Positions 17,701 to 27,885 of a stretch of 64,000 nt of DNA are shown here, in pieces. A program made the translations under genes and the position numbers. How positions within the stretch are numbered: position 1 is the stretch's first letter; every line of letters begins with the position of its first letter. The stretch spans positions 3,519 through 67,518 of the forward strand of contig CAZSFZ010000001.1 of assembly GCA_964606385.1 (NCBI GenBank), written 5' to 3'. The stretch is from an uncultured bacterium. Its GTDB lineage: Bacteria; Omnitrophota; Omnitrophia; Omnitrophales; Aquincolibacteriaceae. The notes under the pieces are model-generated. The model saw nothing but the letters and a program-made list of their open reading frames with translations. It made no database searches and was not told where the DNA came from.

Positions 17701-19224
17701 TCAGAATCCCTGCGCCAGCACGCATTCGATCACAAAATCCGCAACATCCTGCTTTCCCTCTTTGCGCGATTGTGTTTCTTTCGTCTCGACCGACCCGAAG
17801 CGGTTGGAATCCCTCAACTGGGTCACAAAGGCGAACACGCGCGACATGGAATTGGCGGTCCCCGTCAAGGTCACGCGGCCTTCACTATCATAATCGACCT
17901 GCGCGAAATAAACGTCATCCCCGACATAATCATTGACGATCTTGAGGACCTGGAGCTCTTTCCCGCGGCTTTCAATCAGCTTTTTGACAATCCGGTTCTT
18001 GGTGGAGATCGACTCCAGCTTTTTGGCGTCTTCATTATATTGGCGGCTCGCCGTCAGGAGCTTTTGATTGACCAGCTTTTTAAAATAAATATTGCTGCCC
18101 ATGATCAGCGTTGTCAGAAAAAAGATGGCCATGATGAGAATACCGAGGCTCATGATGTCCCGGCCGCCTTCCCGGACCTGCTTCTTGATCTTGACCTCGC
18201 GCAAGAGAAGATTGATCTTGGCCTGCGCTTCATAAGCCAGCACCGAAAAAAGCTCAAAAAAGGAAAGCTGGCTTTCCTGATTGACCGCGCGCGTCGCCGC
18301 TTCATTCGCGTGGAAAAAATCCCGGTAATCGAAGGTGACCACTTCGATCTCTTTCACATGCATGCTGCCCGAGCGCCTGAGATCGTCTTCAAGGGTCGGT
18401 AATCCTTCGAGGATCCCCGTCGCGGAGATCAATTGGATCGGTTTTCCGACCCCTTGGTCAGCATACGCCCCGATGGACTTCGTGAGCTCGCTGATAAAAT
18501 CCTCCTTCGCCTGCTTGGCATTGGCACGAAGTGCGTCGGCTCCCACCGGAATATTGCGGACAAAAAGGATCTGCTCGCCTTCGATCACGGTCAGCTCCGA
18601 GTACTCTTCGCTAACATGCAATCCTCCCAAAGCCCCCTGGAGCGTTACCCCCCTTAAGGAATTGACGTAAGTCTTTACCATGCATTCGGATGCAACGACC
18701 ACCTTATCGAGGCTCAGTCCGGCCTGCTCGAAAATGGCCGGAAAGCGTTCGCCGATCTTCCGGTTCACGATAAAAAGCAGGACGCTTGTGTAGTGCTGCG
18801 CCGGAGCTTCCAGACACGAGAAATCGATCACGATCTCGTCGCGCATGTAAGGCGTGAAGCGCCCGGCCTGAAGATCGATGATCTTCGCAATTTCCTCTTT
18901 TTCCGTGGAAGGGATATCGATATTCTTGAAAATGTATTGCTTGGGGGAAATAATGCAAAGGCCTTGAGAGGGAGAGATCTTCTGCTTCTGACAATAAGAG
19001 GCAAGCGCCTGCGCGATCTCGGCATCGCTTTTACTGTCGATCTTTTCGGCGATCACGTTCTCGATCGTGAATTTTCCCTGGCTCGTCCGCCCGCTTCCGA
19101 TCTTGAGATGCTCCGCGCCGAGCGACACCACAAGCGTCACCGGAACGGGCATGAACCTGTCGAGCGGGCTCCCGCCCTTCGCCTTAGCTCCCCCGCCCGA
19201 TTTTTTGGGATCTAGGAGGGACAT
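17701..19224 (-). CDS. GspL-like protein: PilM (actin-like ATPase fold) fused to PilN-like TM/periplasmic domain
   Basis: 507 aa. The N-terminal ~350 aa are PilM-like. Then TM SLGILIMAIFFLTTLIMGS. Then a PilN-like C-terminus. Confidence 0.6.
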   Translation of the reverse strand: MSLLDPKKSGGGAKAKGGSPLDRFMPVPVTLVVSLGAEHLKIGSGRTSQGKFTIENVIAEKIDSKSDAEIAQALASYCQKQKISPSQGLCIISPKQYIFKNIDIPSTEKEEIAKIIDLQAGRFTPYMRDEIVIDFSCLEAPAQHYTSVLLFIVNRKIGERFPAIFEQAGLSLDKVVVASECMVKTYVNSLRGVTLQGALGGLHVSEEYSELTVIEGEQILFVRNIPVGADALRANAKQAKEDFISELTKSIGAYADQGVGKPIQLISATGILEGLPTLEDDLRRSGSMHVKEIEVVTFDYRDFFHANEAATRAVNQESQLSFFELFSVLAYEAQAKINLLLREVKIKKQVREGGRDIMSLGILIMAIFFLTTLIMGSNIYFKKLVNQKLLTASRQYNEDAKKLESISTKNRIVKKLIESRGKELQVLKIVNDYVGDDVYFAQVDYDSEGRVTLTGTANSMSRVFAFVTQLRDSNRFGSVETKETQSRKEGKQDVADFVIECVLAQGF

Positions 19225-19787
19225 GCCACCCTCACCGGAAGATCGATCATACTCATCATTTTCTGGCCTTCGCCTCCCTCGAGCTCAATTGTAACCTTAA
19301 CTGTCTCCGGAAAACAATTTCTATTCCACGCGGGGAACCAACGGTACCCCTTCGCGGTCGTGTCGTACGCGTAATATTCCAGTCCGAAGGACCGGACCTT
19401 GTCCAGAGCGGCGCGAAAAAGCTTCCGGTCCGCTTTGGATGTAACGGCCTCTTTGAAACTTTTCTGCAAGGAGACGAGCGTTTTACTTTTGGGATCATAT
19501 TGATAGCCCACATAAACAAGGTCACGGCCCGACAGGGACGCGAAAGCAAGGCCGTCCTTCTTCCCCTGGAAACCCCACTGCGGGTCCATGAACGCGTTTC
19601 TCAATTCAGACGTGAATTTCTCCACAAAAAGGCGGGCTTTCCATTCTGACCTGTCCTTGGATCCCCGGCTCCAAAGGCGGGTTCCCTGGGCGAAGGTCGT
19701 ATAGACGGCCCCTGCGAGGACCGCGGTGATCGTCACGGCGACGATCACTTCGACCAAACTAAAGCCCTGTCGTCTTCCAGCTTGCAT
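19212..19787 (-). CDS. Minor pseudopilin (GspJ-like)
   Basis: Prepilin N-terminus ...RRQGFSLVEVIVAVTITAVLAGAV. About 190 aa. Confidence 0.5.
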   Translation of the reverse strand: MQAGRRQGFSLVEVIVAVTITAVLAGAVYTTFAQGTRLWSRGSKDRSEWKARLFVEKFTSELRNAFMDPQWGFQGKKDGLAFASLSGRDLVYVGYQYDPKSKTLVSLQKSFKEAVTSKADRKLFRAALDKVRSFGLEYYAYDTTAKGYRWFPAWNRNCFPETVKVTIELEGGEGQKMMSMIDLPVRVACPS

Positions 19788-20211
19788 ACGGCACCATAAG
19801 GTAAAAAACACGGCTGATCGAGCGGCGGATCCCCCGATTCTCCCAGGATATTTTCGCTTCCGCCTCCAGCAGATTGTTATCGGGACTGATCGAACGGATA
19901 TTCAGATCGTATTGGTAGGCCCGGTGTTTCCCGAGCAGCACCTCATAACGCGGCACGGACGGAAAACTTTTCGGCTTTTCCTGCAGGCGCCGCTCGGTCT
20001 CCCAGATCTTGTTCTGCAAAAGCCATTCCGCCTGGTCCCAATTCTCAATCACGCTCAGGGCCGACAGGGATCCGATGAAGACCTTCTGGACCGCGACAAT
20101 GCCGACCGCAAGGATCACCACACTTAGGAGCACCTCGATCAGCGTAAAGCCTTTTTTAAGGCGGACCGCCCCCCTCCCGCTCATCACGTCCTTCGAAAAA
20201 GTCTTCTTCAT
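19759..20211 (-). CDS. Minor pseudopilin (GspI/GspH-like)
   Basis: Prepilin N-terminus KKGFTLIEVLLSVVILAVGIVAV. 150 aa. Confidence 0.5.
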   Translation of the reverse strand: MKKTFSKDVMSGRGAVRLKKGFTLIEVLLSVVILAVGIVAVQKVFIGSLSALSVIENWDQAEWLLQNKIWETERRLQEKPKSFPSVPRYEVLLGKHRAYQYDLNIRSISPDNNLLEAEAKISWENRGIRRSISRVFYLMVPYASWKTTGL

Positions 20212-20664
20212 TTATTTGGAGGGTTCCACTCCCCAGTTCACGATATCATCTTTGGCGGATTCGGGCTTCGGATCCTTGCCCAGAGAAGAAAGATCGTAAT
20301 CGTGGGGACGGCGCACTCCCGGGGACTGATATTGATAGGGCCGTTTCCAGGGATCCAGCGGTTGCTTTTCCAGATAGGGACCGTTCCAGTTCTCGGGGAT
20401 CGGGGTCGTGGTCGGTTTTTGCAGGAGCGCATTGAGGCCCTGGGTCGTGGTCGGAAGAAAACCGTTATCCAGTTCATAAAGTTTGAGAGCGGTCGGGATA
20501 TTCACTTCAATATCCGCCTTGGCCGCCGCCTGGCGCGCCTGTTCGGAACGCCCGGTGAGCCGCGGCACGACCATCGCCGAAAGCGTCGCGATAATGATCA
20601 CGACGAGAATGATCTCCACAAGCGAAAAACCTTTTTGAGAACACGGGACCTTGTCTTTTTTCAT
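20212..20664 (-). CDS. gspG: Major pseudopilin GspG
   Basis: QKGFSLVEIILVVIIIATLSAMVVP prepilin N-terminus. GspG core ...LDPWKRPYQYQSPG...DYDLSSLGKD. Alternative upstream start at 20697. Confidence 0.8.
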   Translation of the reverse strand: MKKDKVPCSQKGFSLVEIILVVIIIATLSAMVVPRLTGRSEQARQAAAKADIEVNIPTALKLYELDNGFLPTTTQGLNALLQKPTTTPIPENWNGPYLEKQPLDPWKRPYQYQSPGVRRPHDYDLSSLGKDPKPESAKDDIVNWGVEPSK

Positions 20665-20671
20665 AGAACCC

Positions 20672-21874
20672 TCACTGGTTAAAAACGATCGCATCAATAC
20701 TGAAAACGGGGAGCAGGATCGCCATGGCGACCAGCCCCAGAAGTAATCCGACGGTCAGGAGCGTTATAGGCTCCACCAATTGCGTCATGACCCGCGTGGA
20801 TTCATCGACCCGCTGGTCATACCAATCGGCAATATCGCGGAACGCCTGTTCCAAATGCCCCGTCTCTTCCCCAATGAGCAGCAAATGGACCGCAAAAAGC
20901 TGGAATCTCCCCGAGCTTTTTAGCGCCCCGCTCAGGGCAGCGCCTTGCTCCACCCGGCGCATCGCGGTCGCAAGGTCCTCCCGCATCGCTTCGTTAGAAA
21001 CCACGGGGACGGCGATCTTGAGGGCCTTCAGGAGAGGGACTCCCCCCTTCAGAAGCATTTCCATGGAGCGGGCAAAAGCGGCGAATTGGGCCATGAAAAC
21101 CATCTTGCCGGCCAGCGGCAGCCCCATCCTCCAGCGGGCCCATCGCACTTTCTGGACGGGACCTTTCGAACGCTTATAGAAAATGATGCCCAGAACCCCC
21201 GCGGCAAGAAGCACGATCAAACCGTAGTGCTGGACCCCGTCGCTAACCAGGATCAAGCCCCGCGTGAGCAGCGGAAGGTCCTGTCCGAACTCTTCGAAGA
21301 GCTTGGAGAACTGTGGCACCACATATGCCAAGAGATAGGCCACGGCAAAAAGGCCCAGCACCGCGACCAGCGAAGGATAGATCAACGCGTTCCGAACTTT
21401 CTGGAGAACGGAAAAACGCCGCTCGTGACATTCCGCCAAACGCGCCAGGGCCTCGTCCAGATGTCCCGTGTTCTCGCCCAATTCGACCATGGCCACCGCA
21501 AAAACATCGAACACAGCAGGATGTTCGCCCAAAGCCGCCGCGAAGGGTTTCCCGTGCCGGACTTCTTCCTTGATCGTTTCGCAGATCGACTGGAGTTTCC
21601 GGTCCTCGGTCTGTTCGGCCGTCACGGTCAGGGCCGCCAGTAGCGGGATCCCGGAGCGGACCAATCGCCCGAGCTGCTGATAGAAAAGCGTCAGCGAACG
21701 GCCACGGACCCCGCCCCCAAAAGGTCCCATTCCCCTTACGCCTTCTTCACGGACCTGGACGGGAAGCAGGTTCATTTCATGGATCTTGTCGACCGCCGCC
21801 GCATGCGACTCGGCCGACAGGATCCCTTTGATGAGTTCCTTGCCTTTTTTGGCTTCGTACTTGAATTTTTTCAT
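20672..21874 (-). CDS. gspF: T2SS/T4P inner-membrane platform protein GspF/PilC
   Basis: 400 aa. Two GspF repeat domains and three TM segments. N-terminus FKYEAKKGKELIKG... Confidence 0.85.
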   Translation of the reverse strand: MKKFKYEAKKGKELIKGILSAESHAAAVDKIHEMNLLPVQVREEGVRGMGPFGGGVRGRSLTLFYQQLGRLVRSGIPLLAALTVTAEQTEDRKLQSICETIKEEVRHGKPFAAALGEHPAVFDVFAVAMVELGENTGHLDEALARLAECHERRFSVLQKVRNALIYPSLVAVLGLFAVAYLLAYVVPQFSKLFEEFGQDLPLLTRGLILVSDGVQHYGLIVLLAAGVLGIIFYKRSKGPVQKVRWARWRMGLPLAGKMVFMAQFAAFARSMEMLLKGGVPLLKALKIAVPVVSNEAMREDLATAMRRVEQGAALSGALKSSGRFQLFAVHLLLIGEETGHLEQAFRDIADWYDQRVDESTRVMTQLVEPITLLTVGLLLGLVAMAILLPVFSIDAIVFNQ

Positions 21875-21880
21875 CGGATC

Positions 21881-24226
21881 TTATTCACCAGATTTCATAT
21901 GCGTTTGGCAGAATTTTTCAAGCCGCGCGCGATCGATGCTATTGAGCACAAGAAACAAGGTCGCTACGGAAAGTTCCTCTCCCGAAAGCCCTAAGCGTGA
22001 GATGCGAAGCGCCTTGGCCATGCATTCAACGGGCTTCACACCATCGGAAAGACCGATCCTGAGCAGAAGAACGCTGCCGGCCTCCAGCACCTCTCCGATC
22101 TTAAGGGCCGCTCCCGGAATCACTCCGGCAGGCAACGGCTGGTCAAAGATCTTCAGCAAGATCCCGCCGGCACTGATATTTTCCGTAGAACCGGCCAAGG
22201 GGATCTCCGCGAGCTTTTCTTTGTATTTTTGGACCAAAGGCGATTTCGCGTGGCTTTCAATGATACGGAACGAAACAGGAGCTTCGAGCTGGATCCGCTG
22301 GTACTTGCGCATATTCACAAATTCGTGGTCGGACGCGGTTTTTTCCGCAGGAGTTTCGGAAAGATCGACCGGCGGGATGGCCGGTTTGAGCTCAGGCATC
22401 TCAGCCGCTTTGTCCGCCTCCAGGGTCCTCAAAAAACCGCTTTCGGGTGCTGCCGCAGGGGGCTTCGGATTTTCCGGGACCACGGAAGGAGCCATCGGCT
22501 TACTGTAGTTCAACTCCTCATGTTCCGTAACTTCAAGGATCTCCTCGGGGGTCGTGATCCCGGCAAGGACCTTCGACCAACCGTCCCGGCGAAGCGTGAC
22601 CATCCCCTGCTGGATCGCCAGGGATTTGATCGCTTCCGCGGTGGCGCGCGCCATGATCAATTTACGGAGAGGCTCGGTCAGGATGATGAGCTCTTGGATT
22701 GCAATGCGCCCCCGGTATCCCGTCCCGTTGCACTGTTCGCAGCCGCGCCCGTGAAGGATCCGGATCTCTTTTTGAGGAACACCGCTTTCCTTTTCAATAA
22801 GGCTTTTAATCTCGGAAGAAACGCCGGGGTTTTCCTCACGGCAGTGCGGGCAGATGACACGGACAAGCCGCTGGGCCATAAAAGCCACCACGCTTGACGC
22901 GATCAAATAAGGCTCCACGCCGATGTCCAGGAGCCGGGTCACGCCGCTTGCCGCATCATTTGTGTGAAGCGTGGAAAGGATCAAGTGCCCCGTCAATGCC
23001 GACTGGATCGCGATCTCGGCCGTTTCGAGATCCCGCACCTCCCCCACCATCATGACATCCGGGTCCTGCCGGAGCATGCTCCGCAGCCCGTTCGCGAACG
23101 TCAGCCCGATCTCGGGGTTCACATGGATCTGGCTGACGCCTTCAAGTTCATATTCCACAGGATCTTCGATCGTGATAATCTTCCGCGTGGGGACATTGAG
23201 GCGGTTCAGGGCAGCATACAGGGTCGTACTCTTCCCGCTCCCTGTCGGACCCGTGACGAACACGATCCCGTTCGTCCGGTTCAAAAGTTCTTCAAAGACC
23301 GCCTGCTGTTTCGGGTCAAAACCCAGTTTCTCGAGCTTGAAGACATTCTTGCCGGGCAGGATGCGGATCACCAAACTCTCCCCGTGCGCCGTCGGGATGA
23401 AGGAAACACGCAGGTCGAGGGTCTCATCCTGGGTCTTCACCCTCATCTTGCCGTCCTGGGGAAGCCTTTTCTCGGCCACATTCAGATTGGTCATGATCTT
23501 GATACGGGACAGCATCGGAGAGAAAAACTCCTTCATTTCGCGCGGAACCGGCGCCTGCTGCAAAATACCGTCGATCCGGTAGCGAAGGCGGATCCCCGAG
23601 GTCAGAGGTTCAAGATGGATGTCGCTCGCACGTTTTTTGTAGGCGTCCAGAATAATCTGGTTCACCACATGCGAGACTGAGGCCGTGGAAGCGAGTTTTT
23701 CGATATCTTCTACTTCCTGAACGGGCGCCGAAGCCGAAGGCCGTTCATTCGCCGGGGTCACGGCAAGGATCTTGTCCACGGTCTCCGCGGCAAGGCCGTA
23801 ATGCTTCACGAGCATCTCTTCGATGTCCTTCTCCAGGGCGAAGCAAAGCTCGATATCGGTCCCCAACGCGAAACGCATCTCATCCAGAGTATGAATGTCG
23901 GGGATCCTGTGGACCGCGATCACGATCTTTCCGTTCTTCTGCTGGACCGGAAAAAATTTATAATAGGAAGCGAATTTCACGGGGACATTCTTGAAAACCT
24001 CGGGATCCGGCGCGGTCGTCTTGAGATTGATGACCGGCCGTCCCGTATTCTTGGAAAAAATATCGAGCAGTTGTTCTTCCGTAAGAAGGCCGGCATCGAT
24101 CACGACACGCAGGAACGGACTCGAATTCTGTTCGGCCTCCCGAAAAGCTTTCTCAAGCGCCTCTTTTGGGACGGCGCCTGACTCAAGAAGGATCTTGAAT
24201 GAGTTTTTGTCCAAAACGGGTTTCAT
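21881..24226 (-). CDS. gspE: T2SS/T4P assembly ATPase GspE/PilB with C-terminal PilZ (c-di-GMP-binding) domain
   Basis: Walker A GPTGSGKSTTL. Asp/His boxes. Tetracysteine CPHC...CEQC. After a Pro-rich linker comes a C-terminal ~110-aa domain with PilZ motifs RKYQR (RxxxR) and ENISAGG (D/NxSxGG). 781 aa. Confidence 0.85.
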   Translation of the reverse strand: MKPVLDKNSFKILLESGAVPKEALEKAFREAEQNSSPFLRVVIDAGLLTEEQLLDIFSKNTGRPVINLKTTAPDPEVFKNVPVKFASYYKFFPVQQKNGKIVIAVHRIPDIHTLDEMRFALGTDIELCFALEKDIEEMLVKHYGLAAETVDKILAVTPANERPSASAPVQEVEDIEKLASTASVSHVVNQIILDAYKKRASDIHLEPLTSGIRLRYRIDGILQQAPVPREMKEFFSPMLSRIKIMTNLNVAEKRLPQDGKMRVKTQDETLDLRVSFIPTAHGESLVIRILPGKNVFKLEKLGFDPKQQAVFEELLNRTNGIVFVTGPTGSGKSTTLYAALNRLNVPTRKIITIEDPVEYELEGVSQIHVNPEIGLTFANGLRSMLRQDPDVMMVGEVRDLETAEIAIQSALTGHLILSTLHTNDAASGVTRLLDIGVEPYLIASSVVAFMAQRLVRVICPHCREENPGVSSEIKSLIEKESGVPQKEIRILHGRGCEQCNGTGYRGRIAIQELIILTEPLRKLIMARATAEAIKSLAIQQGMVTLRRDGWSKVLAGITTPEEILEVTEHEELNYSKPMAPSVVPENPKPPAAAPESGFLRTLEADKAAEMPELKPAIPPVDLSETPAEKTASDHEFVNMRKYQRIQLEAPVSFRIIESHAKSPLVQKYKEKLAEIPLAGSTENISAGGILLKIFDQPLPAGVIPGAALKIGEVLEAGSVLLLRIGLSDGVKPVECMAKALRISRLGLSGEELSVATLFLVLNSIDRARLEKFCQTHMKSGE

Positions 24227-25683
24227 ATGCTGACACGGCTTTTCTTTTTAGGAGTTCTCCCGATCAGGTAGAAATCGCTGGCGGGAAGCTTGTCGAAAAC
24301 CCCGCTCACGATCGCCTCGCAATCATCAACCGCGTCCGAGACCGCCACGAATTCCCCTTTTCTTCCCGTGAACGCTTCGCCGACCGTGAACGGCTGGGTC
24401 ATGAAATTAAGGAGCTTCTCGGCGCGTCTGAAGTCGATCTGGTCCTCTTTCGGCAGCTCCTCCACGCCCACCACCTGGACGATGCGCTTCAAGGAATTGT
24501 GCTTCGCGAAAAGCGCGAGCATCTTCTGGCTCAGGTTATACGCCTTCTGTCCGACGATACGGGGGTCCAGGTTCGCGCAGCCGCTCTTGAGCGGGTCGAT
24601 CGCGGGATAAAAACCCTTCTGGGCGAGGTCGCGCGAAAGCGACAGGGCGCCGTCCAGACAGCTGAAGATCGCCACGACCGCGGGGTCGGTCATATCGTCG
24701 GAAGGCACGTAAACGGCCTGCAGGGAGGTGATCGAGCCGCGGCCGGGGATCGACCGGATCCTTTCCTGTACTGAATTAACCTCGGATTGGAGGGTCGGCT
24801 GATAGCCGGATTCCCCTGGGACGCGCCCGAGAAGCGCCGAGATCTCCTGACCTCCCTGAATAAAACGAAACACATTATCCATGAACAGGAGCACGTCCTT
24901 GTTCTGTTCGGCCATATCTTCCGCGAGCGTAATCCCGGTGTTCACGCACTCATAACGCGCGCCCGGCGGCTCATTCATCTGACCGAACACCAGCTTGACC
25001 TTCGGCAACAGGTTATTTTCTTTCAGTTCCGCGAAAAGGTCGTAACCTTCGCGGATGCGTTCCCCGATACCCGTAAAAATACAAACCCCACTGTGTTTCT
25101 TGACGATATTATTGATCAGTTCGAGGATAACGACGCTCTTGCCGCAGCCGGCACCACCCAGAATCCCCATTTTACTCCCCTTGCAAAGCGGGAAAAGCAG
25201 GTCGATGTACTTGATCCCGGTCTCAAGGAATTCGGGTTTGGCACCGAACTTGCTTTTCAGGTTGAATTGTTCCTCGCGGGGCGGCCGCCGGATGACCTTG
25301 AAATCCTTTCCCGTGAACGCCCCCAACTGATCGATCGGATCCCCGAACACATTGATGATCCTCCCGAAAAGCTCGTCCCCTGTGCGGATCGTGACCGGCT
25401 TCATGGTGTTGATCACCTTGGAATTAAGCTGAAGGTTCAGGGTCTCGGATAGAGAGATGCAGCGGACATCGTTCTTGCTTAAGTGCTCGGCGACTTCCAT
25501 CACGACCTTGCGTTTGTCGAACGTTTGTCCCACCAGCACGTCAAAAAGGGCCGGAAGATCGCTGATCTTGTCAAAGGTCACATCGACCACGGGACCGCGG
25601 ACACCGATGATCCTCCCTTGGACGTTCTTGGTGAACGCCGCTTCCATCGGGGTTTTTTCTGTGCTTTTTATTTCTTCATCCAT
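24223..25683 (-). CDS. atpD: F-type ATPase beta subunit
   Basis: GGAGCGKSVVILELINN...GIGERIREGYDLF, LLFMDNVFRFIQGGQEISALLGRVP, SITSLQAVYVPSDDMTDPA are collinear with F1-beta. Confidence 0.9.
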   Translation of the reverse strand: MDEEIKSTEKTPMEAAFTKNVQGRIIGVRGPVVDVTFDKISDLPALFDVLVGQTFDKRKVVMEVAEHLSKNDVRCISLSETLNLQLNSKVINTMKPVTIRTGDELFGRIINVFGDPIDQLGAFTGKDFKVIRRPPREEQFNLKSKFGAKPEFLETGIKYIDLLFPLCKGSKMGILGGAGCGKSVVILELINNIVKKHSGVCIFTGIGERIREGYDLFAELKENNLLPKVKLVFGQMNEPPGARYECVNTGITLAEDMAEQNKDVLLFMDNVFRFIQGGQEISALLGRVPGESGYQPTLQSEVNSVQERIRSIPGRGSITSLQAVYVPSDDMTDPAVVAIFSCLDGALSLSRDLAQKGFYPAIDPLKSGCANLDPRIVGQKAYNLSQKMLALFAKHNSLKRIVQVVGVEELPKEDQIDFRRAEKLLNFMTQPFTVGEAFTGRKGEFVAVSDAVDDCEAIVSGVFDKLPASDFYLIGRTPKKKSRVSI

Positions 25684-26585
25684 TAGCGTGTTTTCCTCGT
25701 TGATGCAAAACTGGCCGCCGTAAAAACCTCACGCACCGCCTTATTCAACTCTTCGCGCAACCCCTTCCTGAAAGAGATCAGAAGGCTCCGCCGTTCCGTG
25801 CCCAGCGATTCCAGAGCAGATTCCAGCTGCTGGGCCTGGATCGCCGCCTCCGTGAGCGGAATATCGTCCACGATCTCGTAAAGACGGCAATAGATCCAGA
25901 TGCCGGCGATCGTTCTCATGATGGAATTCCCGGACGTTTCAAGGATCACGTCAAACCTTCGTTGATCGTCCGCGACCTGGTCCTCATCCCCTTGCGTGAT
26001 ATCCCCGCCCCGGGTCCGGACCAGCTCGCCGGCCGGAAGCAAGGTCAGGATACGGGGTTTGATGACGGCAAAGCTCTTCGCCCACACGTGAACCAGGATC
26101 GTTTTGCCCGCCTGCCCGTTCATGATCCGTTCCGTCAGATAATCGCGAAGATAATGCGAAAGATCAAAGCGGTTCGGGAACTCCCCGAGCGTCAGGACCT
26201 TCTCGATCCGTTCCACCCCCATCATTTTCAGCATGGTCGCGCAGCGTCTTCCCAGGCAGATCACGCTCGAACCCGGGTATTTGATGTACTGTTGATGCGC
26301 GATCGCCGTGACCTTGGAATTCATCTGCGACATAAACGACTGGTCGGAAGCCAGCACTACAATATCCACCCCTGGATGGTCGTTCCTCAGTAACGGACAT
26401 GTGGTATTAATGTTCTTTACAGTTTCCAGAAATTCCAAAAACGCGTCAAAGAACCTTTGAAGGTTCTTCTTTTTCGCTGAAAACGCGAAAAAACGGCTTG
26501 TGGCGACGTCCTTGATAACCGAAATGATCTCTAACAGCGTATCAACATCATCCAAATCGCCTTTGATCCGTGTGACCTTGCTCAT
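25683..26585 (-). CDS. atpG: Putative F-type ATPase gamma subunit (divergent)
   Basis: 300 aa, in the gamma slot before beta. N-terminal helix ISVIKDVATSRFFAFSAKK resembles gamma ITKAMEMVAASKMRK. Otherwise divergent. Confidence 0.45.
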   Translation of the reverse strand: MSKVTRIKGDLDDVDTLLEIISVIKDVATSRFFAFSAKKKNLQRFFDAFLEFLETVKNINTTCPLLRNDHPGVDIVVLASDQSFMSQMNSKVTAIAHQQYIKYPGSSVICLGRRCATMLKMMGVERIEKVLTLGEFPNRFDLSHYLRDYLTERIMNGQAGKTILVHVWAKSFAVIKPRILTLLPAGELVRTRGGDITQGDEDQVADDQRRFDVILETSGNSIMRTIAGIWIYCRLYEIVDDIPLTEAAIQAQQLESALESLGTERRSLLISFRKGLREELNKAVREVFTAASFASTRKTR

Positions 26586-26597
26586 GCGCGACGGCCT

Positions 26598-27338
26598 TTA
26601 GGCCTGGAACTCCAATTTCTCTTTCATTTTCACGGACGATTCATTGACCGCATTGGCAAAACTCCCGTCCAAAAGAAGCGTTCCCATCTGCAGCACCACC
26701 CCGGCGATCAAGGGGATCTCCACGCTTGTTTCGATCTTGAGATCGGGCACATTCAGCTTCTGGCCCAGGATGCTTCGGAATTCATCTTTTTCTATCTGGT
26801 TCAAAGGGAACGCCGAACGGATCACCGGCGGGTTTTCTTTAACATCGACGGCGCTAAAGTCCGCCTTGGAGATCTCCTTGATGAAATCTTTCACGAATTG
26901 GGCATGAAGGAGCAGCGTGGCCTCAGGCGAAAAGATCGACTTCAGCATTTCGGCCGTAAAATCGATGACCTGCCGGCTCACCTCGGTCCGGATTTCACGG
27001 CTCAACTGGTCCCGTGACCCGTAAGCCTTGGAAATGATATCCTCCGCCTCCGTTCTCGCTTTTTTGACGATCTCCTCTTCCTTCTTGCGGGCTTTTTCAA
27101 GGGCCTGATTGGAAAGTTTGTCGGCGATCAGAGCCGCTTCTTCTTTCTTGGCCTGAAATTCTTTCTCCGCCATCTCATTCTTTTCGAGAAGCTCGCGCTG
27201 TTTCTTGACGAGTTCCTCATAGACGGAGCTCAGCCTCCGGACATTCGACTCCGTATCCCCGGACATCATTTTTCTCATGAAAAACACGAGCACGCAAAAA
27301 ACGATGATCTGTAAAAGCACGAATTGCAGTGTCAGCAT
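26598..27338 (-). CDS. F-type ATPase peripheral-stalk protein: b-like (TM plus coiled coil) with delta/OSCP-like C-terminal segment
   Basis: N-terminal TM LLQIIVFCVLVFF. Long K/E-rich helix. C-terminus ...IPLIAGVVLQMGTLLLDGSFANAV resembles the delta C-terminus. Confidence 0.5.
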   Translation of the reverse strand: MLTLQFVLLQIIVFCVLVFFMRKMMSGDTESNVRRLSSVYEELVKKQRELLEKNEMAEKEFQAKKEEAALIADKLSNQALEKARKKEEEIVKKARTEAEDIISKAYGSRDQLSREIRTEVSRQVIDFTAEMLKSIFSPEATLLLHAQFVKDFIKEISKADFSAVDVKENPPVIRSAFPLNQIEKDEFRSILGQKLNVPDLKIETSVEIPLIAGVVLQMGTLLLDGSFANAVNESSVKMKEKLEFQA

Positions 27339-27350
27339 AACGCTCCTTTT

Positions 27351-27581
27351 TTAAATAACCGATTTTGGCATAAAGATCTGAAAAGTGATGAGCAGGGAAA
27401 TGATCGAGGTCGCTTCCGCAAAGAGCAACATCAGGATCACGCCCAGATAGATCTTGGGCGCCGCCGAGGGGTTCCGGCCTAGTGCCTTAATACTGGCCGC
27501 TCCCACGACCGCAATCACGATCGAAGGGCCGACCACCGCGATGAACATGGCTATCAGGACCGCGACATTCTGTTGGTTCAT
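27351..27581 (-). CDS. atpE: F-type ATPase c subunit (proteolipid)
   Basis: 76 aa, two-TM hairpin with polar loop GRNPSAAPK and carboxylate E in helix 2 (LLFAEATSIISL). Confidence 0.75.
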   Translation of the reverse strand: MNQQNVAVLIAMFIAVVGPSIVIAVVGAASIKALGRNPSAAPKIYLGVILMLLFAEATSIISLLITFQIFMPKSVI

Positions 27582-27597
27582 AGGACCTTTCCTTTTT

Positions 27598-27876
27598 TTA
27601 GATATCCCACGATTCTTTCATGCCTTTAAAACTCGTGTCGACCTCCACGATCATGTAACAGCGGTTCTCGCGGAAGCTTACGACCCCCAGCCGGATCGGG
27701 ATGCTCGGATGATCGGCGATCTTAATGTCGCCTTCCACCAGCGTCGACACCAGCGGGTGGTGAAAAGCCAAAAGTTCGAACTCCCCTTCCTCGCTGGCCA
27801 AATAGACCGATTCGACCATATCATCAAATACCAAGCCCTGCAAACTTAAGACTTGCAGCTGGAACTTTGGCTTCAT
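27598..27876 (-). CDS. atpC: F-type ATPase epsilon subunit, beta-sandwich domain only (no C-terminal helical hairpin)
   Basis: 92 aa. FELLAFHHPLVSTLVEGDIKI matches epsilon G.E.GILPGH.PLLT.L..G. Confidence 0.6.
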   Translation of the reverse strand: MKPKFQLQVLSLQGLVFDDMVESVYLASEEGEFELLAFHHPLVSTLVEGDIKIADHPSIPIRLGVVSFRENRCYMIVEVDTSFKGMKESWDI

Positions 27877-27885
27877 GCGCGGCCG

